64,000 nt of DNA, from the IMG/VR virus record IMGVR_UViG_3300050156_000143, positions 64,001 to 128,000 of that record; one strand, written 5' to 3'. This DNA is from a virus (taxonomy: Duplodnaviria; Caudoviricetes). Each line of letters opens with the position of its first letter. The stretch's first letter is position 1. This document shows, in pieces, positions 39,101 to 47,215 of the stretch. The translations under genes and the position numbers were made by a program. The notes under the pieces were generated by a model that did not search any database, was not told the DNA's origin, and was given only the letters and a program-made list of their open reading frames with translations.

Positions 39101-41294
39101 TCGGATGATTGTTACAAATACTCTTATGTTGCTCTCTTAAATCACCTGCATTGATATTTACCACATCACCGTTGAATGGGTTGTTATTCAAATTGGAAGG
39201 CACTTCATAGTATGCGGTCTTGCTGACTTGGGCACTATAAATTTTTATCTGAATCTTGTCACCAATTGACGCACTTGGAGTAATGGTGGTTACATCGGTT
39301 ACCACCATTGTGAACTCAATCGCGTCACCATTCACATCATTGACTATCACAGTAGGCCACGCTGACTCAATCGGAACAATGTCACAGACTATGGGTGAGC
39401 CGATGAACGTCTGTTCAAATACCTGATATTGCACACTAGGGCCAACCGTTTTAACCCACCCGTTTAACACCGTGTCTCCAGCATGTGCTACACCAGAATT
39501 GACCGCAATAGTTTCACCATCGGCAACGAATGTATCAGAATTGTAAAACGCTTGGAAAGATATGTCACCCAAGTTGGTTACTGAACTGTATGCCAGTGGG
39601 AACCCGAGTTCAATGTCATCGCTACTGGTGCCAACTTTGTACCCAAACAACTTTGATCCAGAGAATGTTGTATCTGGGTAAAAATCGGAGTTACCAAATG
39701 ATGCTCCAGCCGTCGAAAACACATCAAACAGCGGTGGCTGATTCGTGGTGGTTTTTTGTTGCGAAGTCTGCCAGGAATCGGTGTAGTAAAACGATTTCCC
39801 GGAATTTTGGCCAAGTTGGACGTTAATTTGACTCCCAGAGGTGATCGGGAATTCTGACAAGGTGGCCAGAGTGATTACCCGATCTTCACCATAAGTAGTC
39901 ACTGACTTACGCGCAATAGTCACACGAGTGGTGGAATCCGATGAAAACACGACCAATGCACCGTCATACAATTCGTTGTCGGGTTGCGCAGGGTGAATAG
40001 AACCTACGTCCAAAAACACCCGGTTAGCCCCAATAATATGTGTTTCTACATCCAATGTTGACCCGAGAATTACTTGCCCAGTGATCGCATTTATTGCCAA
40101 AGACGAGTTAGTTCCAAAATTCACCACTTCCCCGTCACGCATCAATGTGACAAAGTTTGCGCCAACTGTGGCGACCGTGTATGCGACGTTTGCCAATATG
40201 CTGCCAGCAACACCCTGATAAAACACAAAAGTGTTTCCCACAGTAAAGTCCGATATGGAGTTAGTGGTGATATACACCGTGCTGCCAGACGTTGAAGTCA
40301 CGGTTGCCGACTTTACGTTCACCAAATTTCTAGAGGTGGGAGACACATAGAAGTCAACGTCCCGTGCAACTTCACCATGATTAAACAGTTTCAAGTCGGT
40401 ATAGAACTCAATGATGGGGCGCTTAGCCCTGGCGCTTTGATCATCTAAGATTTTTTGAGCAGTTGTGGTGGCATTGATGCTAGCAGATTGTTCTAGCACG
40501 GATTGGTGGAACCATCTGTTGGTACGTGACCAAGCATTGCGATCTTCGGATGCACGATTTATGGTGATGTAGTCTTTTGTGGTCGCATATGCGACACTTG
40601 GGTCATAAACCTCACCGAAACCCGCCTCATCGTATGCAGTAAATGATTCTGTCCCAAACAGTTTTGGCACCGATAGTTCTGCCACGGGAACCAGCCGAAT
40701 AGAGGAACCGACTCCCTCCACGTAATATTCAACCCCAATATAAGAAGACGGGTGAATGTTGCCACTGAAAAGAACTTTTTGCCCATTCAGAAAAACCACG
40801 TCGCCAACAGTGGCGCTAGGCTTGCCGACAATAGTGGAATCAACGTTGAGATAACTTTCTGAGACGATGTTAACCACTTCTGGCCCAGTTGGTAGCCAAT
40901 AGTATTGGTTATAGTTAACCAACATGTCCAAATTGCAAAATGCGTCCCAAGCATAAAACTCATTTGAAAACAGCCTGGAGTGATCAGTGACAGACGAACC
41001 CATGAGTTTTATGGCGTTCACGACATTGGTGTATGTCAATGCCGACTTCACCGTGTTGGAATCCGTTTTCACCACGGTCGGTTCCAACATGTACTGATTG
41101 CGATCACCAATGGTGGGGACGTACCCATCAGATGATTGGGCGCCTGGCCCGAACTTTCTCCCAATATAGCCAGAAATGGGGGTTACCAATTCTTTGCTAG
41201 ACAATGGCTCAAGAGTCGATTGTAAGAATTGACGGTTTTCTGGTGTTTTAAAAACTTCTGGGAGAAACGTGTTGGAACGAGCGCTGTTTTTCAT
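27144..41294 (-). CDS. Giant 4716-aa baseplate wedge/tail structural protein
   Basis: Uninterrupted ORF next to gp6-like gene; TAAATA (41318-41323) and GGAG SD; repeated GxGY modules and Asp-box/beta-propeller-like repeats in the C-terminal third. Confidence 0.85.
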   Translation of the reverse strand: MKNSARSNTFLPEVFKTPENRQFLQSTLEPLSSKELVTPISGYIGRKFGPGAQSSDGYVPTIGDRNQYMLEPTVVKTDSNTVKSALTYTNVVNAIKLMGSSVTDHSRLFSNEFYAWDAFCNLDMLVNYNQYYWLPTGPEVVNIVSESYLNVDSTIVGKPSATVGDVVFLNGQKVLFSGNIHPSSYIGVEYYVEGVGSSIRLVPVAELSVPKLFGTESFTAYDEAGFGEVYDPSVAYATTKDYITINRASEDRNAWSRTNRWFHQSVLEQSASINATTTAQKILDDQSARAKRPIIEFYTDLKLFNHGEVARDVDFYVSPTSRNLVNVKSATVTSTSGSTVYITTNSISDFTVGNTFVFYQGVAGSILANVAYTVATVGANFVTLMRDGEVVNFGTNSSLAINAITGQVILGSTLDVETHIIGANRVFLDVGSIHPAQPDNELYDGALVVFSSDSTTRVTIARKSVTTYGEDRVITLATLSEFPITSGSQINVQLGQNSGKSFYYTDSWQTSQQKTTTNQPPLFDVFSTAGASFGNSDFYPDTTFSGSKLFGYKVGTSSDDIELGFPLAYSSVTNLGDISFQAFYNSDTFVADGETIAVNSGVAHAGDTVLNGWVKTVGPSVQYQVFEQTFIGSPIVCDIVPIESAWPTVIVNDVNGDAIEFTMVVTDVTTITPSASIGDKIQIKIYSAQVSKTAYYEVPSNLNNNPFNGDVVNINAGDLREQHKSICNNHPNFSGNILGVNNFSQLANPAKYANKLIQSSFPVAYLGAMLGDTNLNIVDALEYSASEYFRYKSTLNNLVGSRELSYYTQPREILDEILGEIAENREFQGPFYYSDMVPKDIGSTVSYTFATNFVNASIALSKTYSNVASYSAVNLYRRATVDDFVHDVILVRGVDYELSNTSPEAIVYNISAGDVVLVVEYDVTYGAYVPNTPSKLGIFTSQPPHVEYDETYVNPAWVIRGHDYSVTKMYGEYADGVFSDFRDAVLFEFEVRIFNNIKTTAGVNPVSYIPGKSRDFQEFSTMYAELFNAWLGKHKLDHTSQYYTLLDQRTWNYRGCYDVLGDQVTIGNTKGLYLHHYDTDTPNLPWTILGYSNKPSWWDTKYGVSPYTSDNALLWGDIAAGIDYNNGSPKVIPERVRNNFVIPVDTNGELVPVIGNLIPTYEPLFNFNRDWVAGDLGPVEYSYRKSSQFMFDLAKIYFLTNPVKFVCENLDSDRYNSANSYQVDGVSRKLSALTSPYGTSDSPQHGFAPLVIDSMLQHGIDATDYFNAALTNLDVRLSYPLAGFSDQNMLKFFVEKTSPNGKSKSLLIPDENYAIVNHVAQIGLPEYSSVIVQKTDTGYAVWGNSQKTPKFNFYTPIKHAKTVAKTVGNLTVNLPTKFDQVKSIAYGTVFSTVQTLSEFMVGYGAYLESNGLVFDYLDSGDLVDWSSMVGELLYWVQSGWDSGSSINLNPCAKKIHINLESGVIQPLGGKHSVLSQNLTVIPTSDMQISRDGTELELAPNKLSDSLSYAQFESASIEHLVIFDNKTTFDDLIYNLETGLRQFRLIVKGTKTAEWHGFVNHAGFIMNQGDVPEWNENTRYQLGAIVKHNGVYYTAKELTGPSAFSKSSWIVTEYGEIKRGLLTNLSHRASLSLDRYDSSKFDFETDDGNLAASLVGYRARNYLLDADLSEIAQFHAYSNMVESKGTNTALDAFNTAKLVRGEINYSTSEIWAIKARDFGFTGDNYVEYPLSPIVQGTALTFGQYPLRREDILGYKVSPPDSLIVDSPASSVFDFGGNVEVDHSYYGFGEFFASSDVMLVGEYVTFANTPIGWNVCETVVAPTVVSVSPALNSTSTLSFSTSHHLSVGDLIVVSGLITGKFQILSTPTHLTATVAYDMGSSTKTIKGAGTVLRLTSRKYESATVVPNGTTRFWINNVEYSTIKSEVGQTVSSTVGKLFGNTEYATFGLTSNSVVRYIDGAINGTHSAIASNAELSVGGTLALSSDNTVTFKRITNKSTQLVVCDLGEYTDSNVDAVVGEVISLSADGEWAIVSKNMDDDCSIIGLQLIENLSDSTKDTPSIVSGATQFALTGNTTSVIPAHIVIQIAGIQYIILSAIFANNVTTYTVDKQMPQIAAGTGIMLVDWTITKRFDFAVASGLVISGIQTDSSAETIIVSYANADGGQGLVQVYSRVVQQITTQIGSLKYSTFADYSTTDPVVKMNGVLLVDGDDYSFSDSSITLVDDPGLAILSINTGILVLQQNMTIDVWGVASQDANYGKSIATTIHAELLAIGAPGQATSNTNTGTVTVAKHGGKSDGEIFVSHPGISTNVLINGVLVSIADTDTNSQIAQKINHADIANVIATVALSGVAIKIKNKRVGTIGDYLTITLESTSVANTLDYTPYTVQQQLIATRDDLYSNYGMVVKFDETKTLYIAAPKQLTSLNIDIGVILDQGATTSVDSNPDGGAIDVCQSIDGIYLKCAILQNPGDYQGFSNTFAINSNEMTIGSQSNVHFQLVEKFTEIDINVYGADLSHLNSVKIHGDDATDLEVIDFSKGKIFSVITDNADYLRSVDPADYQMWHSDHDGEVWADVSNLRYTGQDSWAPGSTTVASTWVTSTTKPDKQFSQSVVVDSTGRLVTRYHYWQDNSGVLGANKTLSDTIIAMYLLSPQNSGIPYVTVNSNNVVFSGVECNGNNTLCFSTGGTSPITSEFSLITNSGEFIEGFDTKSGLYLKLLDSISGIDSNSLVVPDPSLPTSVKYGVANVPRQSMSMDANAAFKTVIDYVNTVLSTVVAQCPNDIASYVKQVDWWDAAYGKQKAVKHVPNIHGLETVPSPYVGMVVSVSGQTIEYYRYDAATWTLVGVIGGTYQFSSSVLSATATVVRNIVGAVFETVFTDDLQHHRAKLLEMLLVGIVNEHKLANLDLSWLMKTSFIDVEYNAGELVASKKYLLDNASFLEDYIQEAKPYHVVIRDFVQSNTLMDSTYGAVSDFDLPATYRGGDYVSPMLKSVVKNSNEFVASDTIWSESPYSGWKNNCGISLADNSTIVVTKITEYVGIGATQIRVGSVVGLPSTGVITVDDEDIFYASSNPTFNTLTGLQRGVNGTTITDHQLVGVYLKTSAIVVIHGGRGYSVAPTIAISGECRTNALATAKVSNGSVTEIVVTNRGDGYTQPPVINISPAFSGTVTNTYSNHAARIVTTVAFSTGDIVTYRGSLTGLNDGEQYYIKVHSSTTTSAGIAQFVSFYRRRADIGYLTSSLPLSGQGGTIEVGAYAIVLVENGPTRAFDNTIKLDRTSFRAQIPAYSHDYHVGSTDVAKYFASSAATLRDYEVYKVTGAASGSGQDAEFIVHKANFVSSNHYTVTIKNGGSGYVIGEHIVIDGGDLGGIAPTNNATLTVTGINGGSIVSASIVGVGFTELKSGAAFPELTVTAVTNGATHIDLAVSSNLSVNHFNHREIYVRSDSGEYSVSPSTVDGAGAEFDISLVSYVDNTPVPVYSAKVASSGVGYSLGQVITIGGGTLGGTSANKCTITVTSVGSSGEILAITVVGNSVANIHKLYARAVDSDTLRVSSTKNYQHVGDLSIEVGDIIGLSNPGALAPSVVHINHEFYTCVVSNSDEEFDPLKWEKLDQDDASINAMDRLSAMYVPEANSLGRKLNQWFTGTQYPYGQFVGNTFSASLPNDVVLNDKKFKLIADVNDICVANGVLYGVADTSSNSFIITSEDGVDWAATKLSNAPLGTTSITHSNGTFIVTTMTPTVGVMISADGENWTAPNAGTGYDSFPYDAESFDGGGANVPTGARYDSTYHGQFYACGQSVIASPDSLNWSSLHDLGVSNVSGVVNSFHAIKHIETTGFNGFMAVGVIGNTTKKSIVATSVNGTVFTTLELPFSETLRDVSAIGDLIIAVGDNGLILASEGGTSWTQASSSTSANLLAIDNTIVVGENGTILTSIDGINWAARSSGTANDLRTTLYNAGTYVAGGVDGAILLSANKVDWTPNDSITSADELYDVVGSEFEYGYSPEELVSGMVRDKISIQTDATPSGYYGGEYQKYGSNGFSMTPLELIPNTDNVAYFGGTGLVIMSLAVFHTGIRIFDYIVNWADKSITFESEYDVVTVELYCAGGGNRVEVSSSEFTPARFDGIHTKFMLEITPSMILDGAHPAYVDGVKTTALINIENEVAYLVLPGDMSTKYVAYAIMGSIEPEIETFTLTGVSPFALTVSEPLANYITQNNAVVFGHKRNVIGSVYPTFAVSDANITITNSYLSSGDTLTVTMKTLDLIKIDEFVYSGNNNFALSSQNSIMLDASGITVQINGINILEYTLLNGVVTVDGTLHTGDVVTIIPNTYSIPTTAVFDAVGRDTFAIRQGAVLVEIDGVQTSNFTVNDYTLTLGSPVTGKVSVTTFGNNRGQQLKTTNFTGKKIAEIDTVADNIVTTKTPHGRSNGDHVIVAGRYGYSAIGGTLVSISSTQFSIVDPSGEQIEIQHRGGGVVTLDGDFTIDHAGMALADTSRLFVYINGVRTSTVEIYQNQVIYLGELGANDVVNVTSMIAHASPNRMTLTSTVDNTGLALYAQNRTWLADDIDTNATQFRVGDIGRLLDVQTHNIVVDNGAIKLPGKGNNIVGVSVVDENAQQVEFTLDFIEFSPWLHFDDSLNGAVMTITVARGGDIVIGFETMIVTDVNMLTNQITVIRGRHMSSPQDHDKYEWVIDRGMSRLPNYFTKRYGTWDTPLSASGTELANRLVK

Positions 41295-41348
41295 GTGGTT
41301 GATATAGACTCCACTGGTATTTAGGAGTCCAAAACAGCGCTGTTTTGA

Positions 41349-44300
41349 TTATCTAGTCAAGCTGCCACTCAAAGTGGTGATGATTTTGACGTTATCGGTG
41401 GTGGCTGCGTTTACAAAAATCTCATTTGGCGCACTCTTAATTTCATACAGATCACCAAATGTTCCAGACACCGGTTCTAGAACAATTGACCCCACCATAG
41501 TCCCCATTTTTGCATGCAGGTATGCACTTAGCTCACTGAAGTAAAATGTGTCGCCAAAGTCCCATTCTGCGATGTCGAAATACTCGTTCACATATTTGAT
41601 GAGTGATGATTTGATGTCACCGTCTCCCACCGTGGAGTTTATGGGTTTTATCACTTTGAAAGTCGCTTGTAGAGCAGAATTGGCCTTTGGCCCAAACAGG
41701 GGCTTAAATTTTACGCAGTTGAATGCAATGGTGTCACTTGCCATTTTGTACGCATCAAGACCACCATAAGCAACCGAAAGTTCTTGTGCAGATGGCACCA
41801 CTGGGGCTGATATTTTTCCAGTAGAATCCAGTAAGTAATCCGTATATGCCGACAAATACGCCGAAGTGACAATATACATGTCGATTATGTTAGACGTTCC
41901 TGGGTTGATGCGTGAATTTGCTGGTGCAATGTGGTTATACAAAAAAGCCAGCCCGTCTTTCCCAATTTTGGCAGACATTGTGGTAACAGTGGTGACCGAA
42001 TAATTCGCATCGGTGGTATAAAACGCACTACCCGTGTAAAAGATTTGCCCAACTGGGTAGTCATATTTCCCGACATTGATTTCTGCCAGGGAAGTGAAAG
42101 TTGACGCCACAGTGGAAGAATTTATAGGCACCGTCCGAATCAGTGAATCGGAATCGGTCACTGAGTCAAAATACACGCTGGATGTTTCAGAGGTGATGAA
42201 CCCAAACAAATCCGGGTTGGTGTATAGTTTATTTTGGTAGGCAGCGACTTCAACGAAGAAATCATCACTGATCCCAAGTTGACTATCAACGTGTCCCACC
42301 ACGCTTAGTGCATATTGATTACCAAACTGTGATCCATTTTGACGCATGTTTGATGCGTATAGATGTATCGTGTCTTTTAAGTATTGGCCAGATTTGTCAA
42401 TCACAGTGCCATCACTATAGGCGAACCGAACTTGAGATTCTGACGCATAAACGTATGTGAGACCTTTGGTGGTCACTTTGTATTGTGAATCACCAAGGTT
42501 TTCAAACTTTGCAATATACTGGGTTGCGGTCGAAGTAATCGCCCATTTTTCAGAAGTTGGCGCGGCAGAATTATCGTATGTTAGGTAAAAGTCTTGTCCT
42601 AATGCTATTTTGGTGATGCTGGTTTGAATCAGATCGGATGAAATTTCTGGTGTCAGATATGGGTCGATTTCATCGACGATGGCAGTAGACGGCACAAACC
42701 CGGACAAAGTTATGGGGCCAGCACCCGTTGAAAGATTGCCCAATCCACCGTTAAACCCGTCGCCCGAGACTGATAACACGGTGGCCCAAACGCATGGTTT
42801 GTCTGTTGCGCTTGGTGATCCAGAAACTATGAAGTTATTTTCATCAAAATGGTAACCAGATGGTGCAACAAACTTAATGAGTGCATTTTTTTGCACATAT
42901 TTTAATTCGGTGCTGCTATATGCTCCGACCGCATAGGGGACATTGGTAAAATCACCTGGCACCCCTGTTATGTTGTAAAAATATCCAGTGGTAGTATCAG
43001 AAGTAACCGATGATCGGTTCCATGTGGCATTGTTATTATATGAGCCAGCACCCGACAACGTTGGGGTATATCTTGGGTAAACCGAGTGATAATGTTGAGT
43101 CAGACGTTGGGAGGAAATCAGTGTTTTCAAAGTGGTGGAGAAAAACTCTGAAACCTGGTTAGCATCCGTGATGGTCAAGATGGTGTCAGTATCGGAATCA
43201 TCTTTGTATAAGAGTCCGTCCGTTGCCATCACTTTTGCGGACGAATATTTTGCAGTGGGATCAAGCAAATCTAGGTTACGTGACACACCAATGCTTGCAC
43301 GATTCACCGCTTTTGACTTAACAATTGAGCTAAAGACAGTTTGAGGAAACACGTTGTAATCTTCACCATTCACCATTCGGTGTTGGGTGTAATAATGGGT
43401 TGGCGCACGGTGTTTGATATCTGCCAGTGACTCCCGTGTGTTTGCATTGTTGACAATTTGTGTCAACGACAATGATACCAACAGGGCTTCTGCACGATTT
43501 GAACGACTGATGTACGGGATCGACACTTGAATATTTTGCATCTCAGACGGCTCGATGCTGTATTTTTGAGCATTGCTAGAGCGAACATACACAATAAATG
43601 AACCAGACGGTGTGTCACAAAACGTGCCATCACCAAACTGTAAAGTAATTTGGTCATTTGCTCTAGAAGTTACCCGGTAACTTGTTCGGCTATCGACCAC
43701 CGAATACAGGTCATCAACTTGAGTCCATTTTTCAGACGCATTCCCCGATTGATCCAGTGAATATAACCAGATATCACTTTCATTGATCCCTTGAATATCA
43801 ACGTCTATGCTAGTGTTTTCCACTGCTTGGTCAATCGTGAATTCATAGTTTGACAAGGTGCCCTGTTTAAACGCTATGAAATATCCCGTGTTAGCACTTC
43901 CAAAACCAAGTTTATCAGACCGGTACAGCACGGTGAACTTAGTTTGGGGGGTCGGGTCTTGTTCTCGTATTGCACCACCGTTGACAGAACCGCTGACCAA
44001 CTCAAACGTCATATTGTCACCATCAACAATCGACGTATACCGAAATTGCGGGTTGATCGTGGGGGTGTTCAGTGTATATTCATCTGTTTTAATCCCTAGC
44101 ACCGTGTTTGAGGCCGATGGACGTCCAATTCTCTGAGACGATGGCAAAGCAGCGTTTATTACTGCATTCATTTGTTCCCGCCAGTCTGGGTTAGCAGGAT
44201 CGTTCCATATTATGGAAACGCCACTCAGGGAATACCCGTTGATGTCGGTGATCGTTTCTGAGGTTTTGATACTCGTGACTTTGAGTAAACCTTGGGCGTT

Positions 44301-44636
44301 TGTGTTGCGTTTTGGGGTGTATCCCACCAATGACGCCAGCTTGACCACAGAGTCACGGCGCTCTGCTGTATCAATAAACGATTCCCGAGAATTCATCTCG
44401 TTGCGATATGCAATCGATTGTCCCATGAACGCAATAACATTAAGTAGCGCCATGTACTCAGAACTATCCACATAATCATTGAACGTTTCTGGGTTATATT
44501 GCTGCAAATAATCGATAAAGGTTTGCCGCAAAGTCTCGAAGTCATAACTTTGGAAATCGGCCTGGCTAAACGTTTTGTACAACGTTTTCCAATCATTTGG
44601 GCCAACGAGATTTGTTATTCTGGAAGTGGTGGTCAT
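41349..44636 (-). CDS. Baseplate wedge subunit (T4 gp6-like)
   Basis: DFETLRQ, SEYMALLNVIAF, FIDTAERRDSVVKLASLVGY, RMVNGEDY. Confidence 0.88.
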   Translation of the reverse strand: MTTTSRITNLVGPNDWKTLYKTFSQADFQSYDFETLRQTFIDYLQQYNPETFNDYVDSSEYMALLNVIAFMGQSIAYRNEMNSRESFIDTAERRDSVVKLASLVGYTPKRNTNAQGLLKVTSIKTSETITDINGYSLSGVSIIWNDPANPDWREQMNAVINAALPSSQRIGRPSASNTVLGIKTDEYTLNTPTINPQFRYTSIVDGDNMTFELVSGSVNGGAIREQDPTPQTKFTVLYRSDKLGFGSANTGYFIAFKQGTLSNYEFTIDQAVENTSIDVDIQGINESDIWLYSLDQSGNASEKWTQVDDLYSVVDSRTSYRVTSRANDQITLQFGDGTFCDTPSGSFIVYVRSSNAQKYSIEPSEMQNIQVSIPYISRSNRAEALLVSLSLTQIVNNANTRESLADIKHRAPTHYYTQHRMVNGEDYNVFPQTVFSSIVKSKAVNRASIGVSRNLDLLDPTAKYSSAKVMATDGLLYKDDSDTDTILTITDANQVSEFFSTTLKTLISSQRLTQHYHSVYPRYTPTLSGAGSYNNNATWNRSSVTSDTTTGYFYNITGVPGDFTNVPYAVGAYSSTELKYVQKNALIKFVAPSGYHFDENNFIVSGSPSATDKPCVWATVLSVSGDGFNGGLGNLSTGAGPITLSGFVPSTAIVDEIDPYLTPEISSDLIQTSITKIALGQDFYLTYDNSAAPTSEKWAITSTATQYIAKFENLGDSQYKVTTKGLTYVYASESQVRFAYSDGTVIDKSGQYLKDTIHLYASNMRQNGSQFGNQYALSVVGHVDSQLGISDDFFVEVAAYQNKLYTNPDLFGFITSETSSVYFDSVTDSDSLIRTVPINSSTVASTFTSLAEINVGKYDYPVGQIFYTGSAFYTTDANYSVTTVTTMSAKIGKDGLAFLYNHIAPANSRINPGTSNIIDMYIVTSAYLSAYTDYLLDSTGKISAPVVPSAQELSVAYGGLDAYKMASDTIAFNCVKFKPLFGPKANSALQATFKVIKPINSTVGDGDIKSSLIKYVNEYFDIAEWDFGDTFYFSELSAYLHAKMGTMVGSIVLEPVSGTFGDLYEIKSAPNEIFVNAATTDNVKIITTLSGSLTR

Positions 44637-44642
44637 GTTTTT

Positions 44643-45050
44643 TCAATATTCCGATAGTGTCATGGTTGCCGGATTCAACGCAACTCGCATAAATGCAGGT
44701 TGGTTAAATGGAGACACCGCATATTCTATAGTTAGGGTTATGGTTTTTTCCTCAAACACGCTCACCACACTGTTGACTATCAATCTTTCATCTTGCGCAG
44801 CCATGCGTTTAACCTCGGCCACAATTTGTTCATTGGTGATGGCATCATTTTGTTCAAACGTGAACGACCATAGTGTTGTGCCCTTGCTTGGATCACCTAC
44901 CACCTGACCTTGTGGAATTAAGAGAGAATTCAAAAAATCCCGTTTTACTAATTCCACATCGGTTAGCCCAAATTTATTAGTCGGTGGGGTGTAAGGTTGG
45001 CCCAATTGCGCAGAAGACCGCTGTGTTGAAAATCCTTTGTATAAAGCCAT
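44643..45050 (-). CDS. Baseplate wedge subunit (T4 gp25-like)
   Basis: LTDVELVKRD, GTTLWSFTFE, QDERL. Confidence 0.85.
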   Translation of the reverse strand: MALYKGFSTQRSSAQLGQPYTPPTNKFGLTDVELVKRDFLNSLLIPQGQVVGDPSKGTTLWSFTFEQNDAITNEQIVAEVKRMAAQDERLIVNSVVSVFEEKTITLTIEYAVSPFNQPAFMRVALNPATMTLSEY

Positions 45051-45053
45051 ATA

Positions 45054-47213
45054 TCACACCTTTGGAGGTTGAACTTTTGAATCAATTGCCCCGCGAATAT
45101 CCCCAGTCTGGGATTCACTGACCACCGTGTTTGAGGCCGATGGGGGCGATTTTGGGCCTAGGCCAAATGAGCTAACCAATTTATCAAATTTTGCAGTAGC
45201 ACTTTCTAGTAACCCAGATGCGGACAATTTTATGGGCTGATTTGCGTCTAGTTTTGGTGGAGTGATAGATTGTGGGAGTTTGGCACTATTTGCCAAAGAG
45301 CCGATTTTTGCAGTATTTCCTAACTCAGTTGTGCGTTCTGACCCGCCGATCGACTTTATTGCGTCCGTGATCGATCCACCCGTTTTCGACAATGTGTTAT
45401 TCAGTTCTGAAGCAACCGATGACCCATGCACGCTTGGGTTTGCATACTGACTAAGAGACGTGCCTGCCGTGCCACTAAACACACTAGAGGGCATTTTTTG
45501 CGATGCTAGGTTACTGGTGTTTTTATTGATCAAATCTGCTGTTCCCGGCTTGATCGCCCCAGATTTTTCGAGTGTTGACGGGCTAGCGCCAATAACACCG
45601 ATTGTCACACTTTTGGTTGATACTGGATTAATTGGAGGGTTGGATGACACCGTGGCCACCGTAGCACTCAAATCACTTGATGAAACAGATGACGGAGAAG
45701 CTGAAACCACGGTGGGAACGGTGGCAACAACTCCTGGCGACGGTTGATCCACCGTGGCACTCGACGTTGGCGCAGCAGTCGAACTAGCAGCTTTTACTAA
45801 GTTAACCTTTACGTCCACGCCCTTGCTCAATTCTTCCCAGGGATGATGGGCAGGAGCGCGGGAGGTAATAGTTTCGAGACCACCCGGTTTTGGCACGTAA
45901 CCTGATGGTGTATAAACGGTATCACTAACTGAAAATGGTTTGAACGATTTGACGTCAGGTGGAGTCAATCCTATGCTGCCAGTGTTCAAACACACTTTGC
46001 TGCCGTTGATGAACGTTTTCCCAGATGATGCAAATCCCGCATCCCCGTTCGATGAAAATGCCATTGATCCACCAACTTTGATGGTAGTGTTTTTGACCGA
46101 ATATGCGGCAAAGTTTTCTGCACGTATGGAATACGTTTTACTCGACTGTGTATTAATATCTTGAGCAAACATGTTCAATTTCCTACCCGCGTGCATGTTG
46201 ATATCACGATCTGCGTGCATATTAATATCACCTTGCGATCTGGCGTTGATTGAGTTCATCGAATACATGTCAATCGTGCCTTCTTTGCCAAATTCAACCC
46301 ACGATTTTCCACTGGCATGAATGATGCACATTATATCCTCCGAGTCGTTCATCATGATTTGATGCCCAGAACTGGTGCGCAATCTGATAAGCTGATCTTT
46401 TCCGTCTATTGCCCCGTCATCTAATACAAAAGTGTGCCCAGCACGCCTTGCGACCACTCGCAGATTTTCATCATTTGCGCCACTGGCCTTTTGCTGTATA
46501 TTTTCATCAGTATACCCACCGTTATAAACAGGTCGTCCAGGCGTGCTGATGCCAAATACACGGGAAGGGGACTCTCTTGCGGCACTGCTTGAAATCGGGC
46601 CACGCACCGTGTCACGCACCAATCCCTGCTTGTGAAACGTGGCAGCAGCATAGCTATGCACTGGGCGAGCCTTTCCGTTAAAATCCCCTGATGCTGAAAT
46701 CTCTTTGTTATCAAAGTTGAGTTCAGCTACGGGCAGAGTGCCAGCACCCCCGTACAAACCAGATTCCCCAGATGTAACGATCACCGATGATGATGCACCA
46801 ACAGCAGGCACCATATGATTTTGCCCAATACTAGGCACACACCCAATATAATATCCAAAATTTATATCACCGTTTACGAAAATGCACACCACTGTGGTTC
46901 CGATGTCTGGGGGTGTTGCCCACATTCCGTATGACTGTGGGTTTGACACATAATCCCCGTTGGACTCCGGTGAAGCGGCATTTGGTGTTGACCCAAAAAA
47001 TGGACTCATGTAATCCACTTTGATCCAATTGTTGCTATCATTTTCATCAGCGGTGCCTGAATCTGCCAAATGGACTTGCAATCTCCCCATTCGGGCTGGG
47101 TCAATGTTGTTTTTCACAATACCCAACACGGGTGCGTTATATTGAACCGATCCTGTGTTGTCACTTTTGAATTGCGCAGGTGCAGATTTTAGTTTTTTTA
47201 CATCATCACTCAT
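45054..47213 (-). CDS. Baseplate central spike (gp5/VgrG-like, no lysozyme domain seen)
   Basis: OB fold GIVKNNIDPARMGRLQV, SYGMWATPPDIG; GHTFVLDDG/GHQIMMNDS; beta-helix repeats. Confidence 0.85.
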   Translation of the reverse strand: MSDDVKKLKSAPAQFKSDNTGSVQYNAPVLGIVKNNIDPARMGRLQVHLADSGTADENDSNNWIKVDYMSPFFGSTPNAASPESNGDYVSNPQSYGMWATPPDIGTTVVCIFVNGDINFGYYIGCVPSIGQNHMVPAVGASSSVIVTSGESGLYGGAGTLPVAELNFDNKEISASGDFNGKARPVHSYAAATFHKQGLVRDTVRGPISSSAARESPSRVFGISTPGRPVYNGGYTDENIQQKASGANDENLRVVARRAGHTFVLDDGAIDGKDQLIRLRTSSGHQIMMNDSEDIMCIIHASGKSWVEFGKEGTIDMYSMNSINARSQGDINMHADRDINMHAGRKLNMFAQDINTQSSKTYSIRAENFAAYSVKNTTIKVGGSMAFSSNGDAGFASSGKTFINGSKVCLNTGSIGLTPPDVKSFKPFSVSDTVYTPSGYVPKPGGLETITSRAPAHHPWEELSKGVDVKVNLVKAASSTAAPTSSATVDQPSPGVVATVPTVVSASPSSVSSSDLSATVATVSSNPPINPVSTKSVTIGVIGASPSTLEKSGAIKPGTADLINKNTSNLASQKMPSSVFSGTAGTSLSQYANPSVHGSSVASELNNTLSKTGGSITDAIKSIGGSERTTELGNTAKIGSLANSAKLPQSITPPKLDANQPIKLSASGLLESATAKFDKLVSSFGLGPKSPPSASNTVVSESQTGDIRGAIDSKVQPPKV

Positions 47214-47215
47214 GT

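Noticed and set aside
27144-41294. Intein, DGR variable region or programmed frameshift in the giant ORF
   Set aside because: No intein terminal or LAGLIDADG motifs, no TR/VR pair, no reverse transcriptase in the window, and the frame is continuous.
27144-47213. Many 60-230 aa ORFs overlapping the structural genes
   Set aside because: Off-frame or antisense shadows with S/T/V/P-biased composition.
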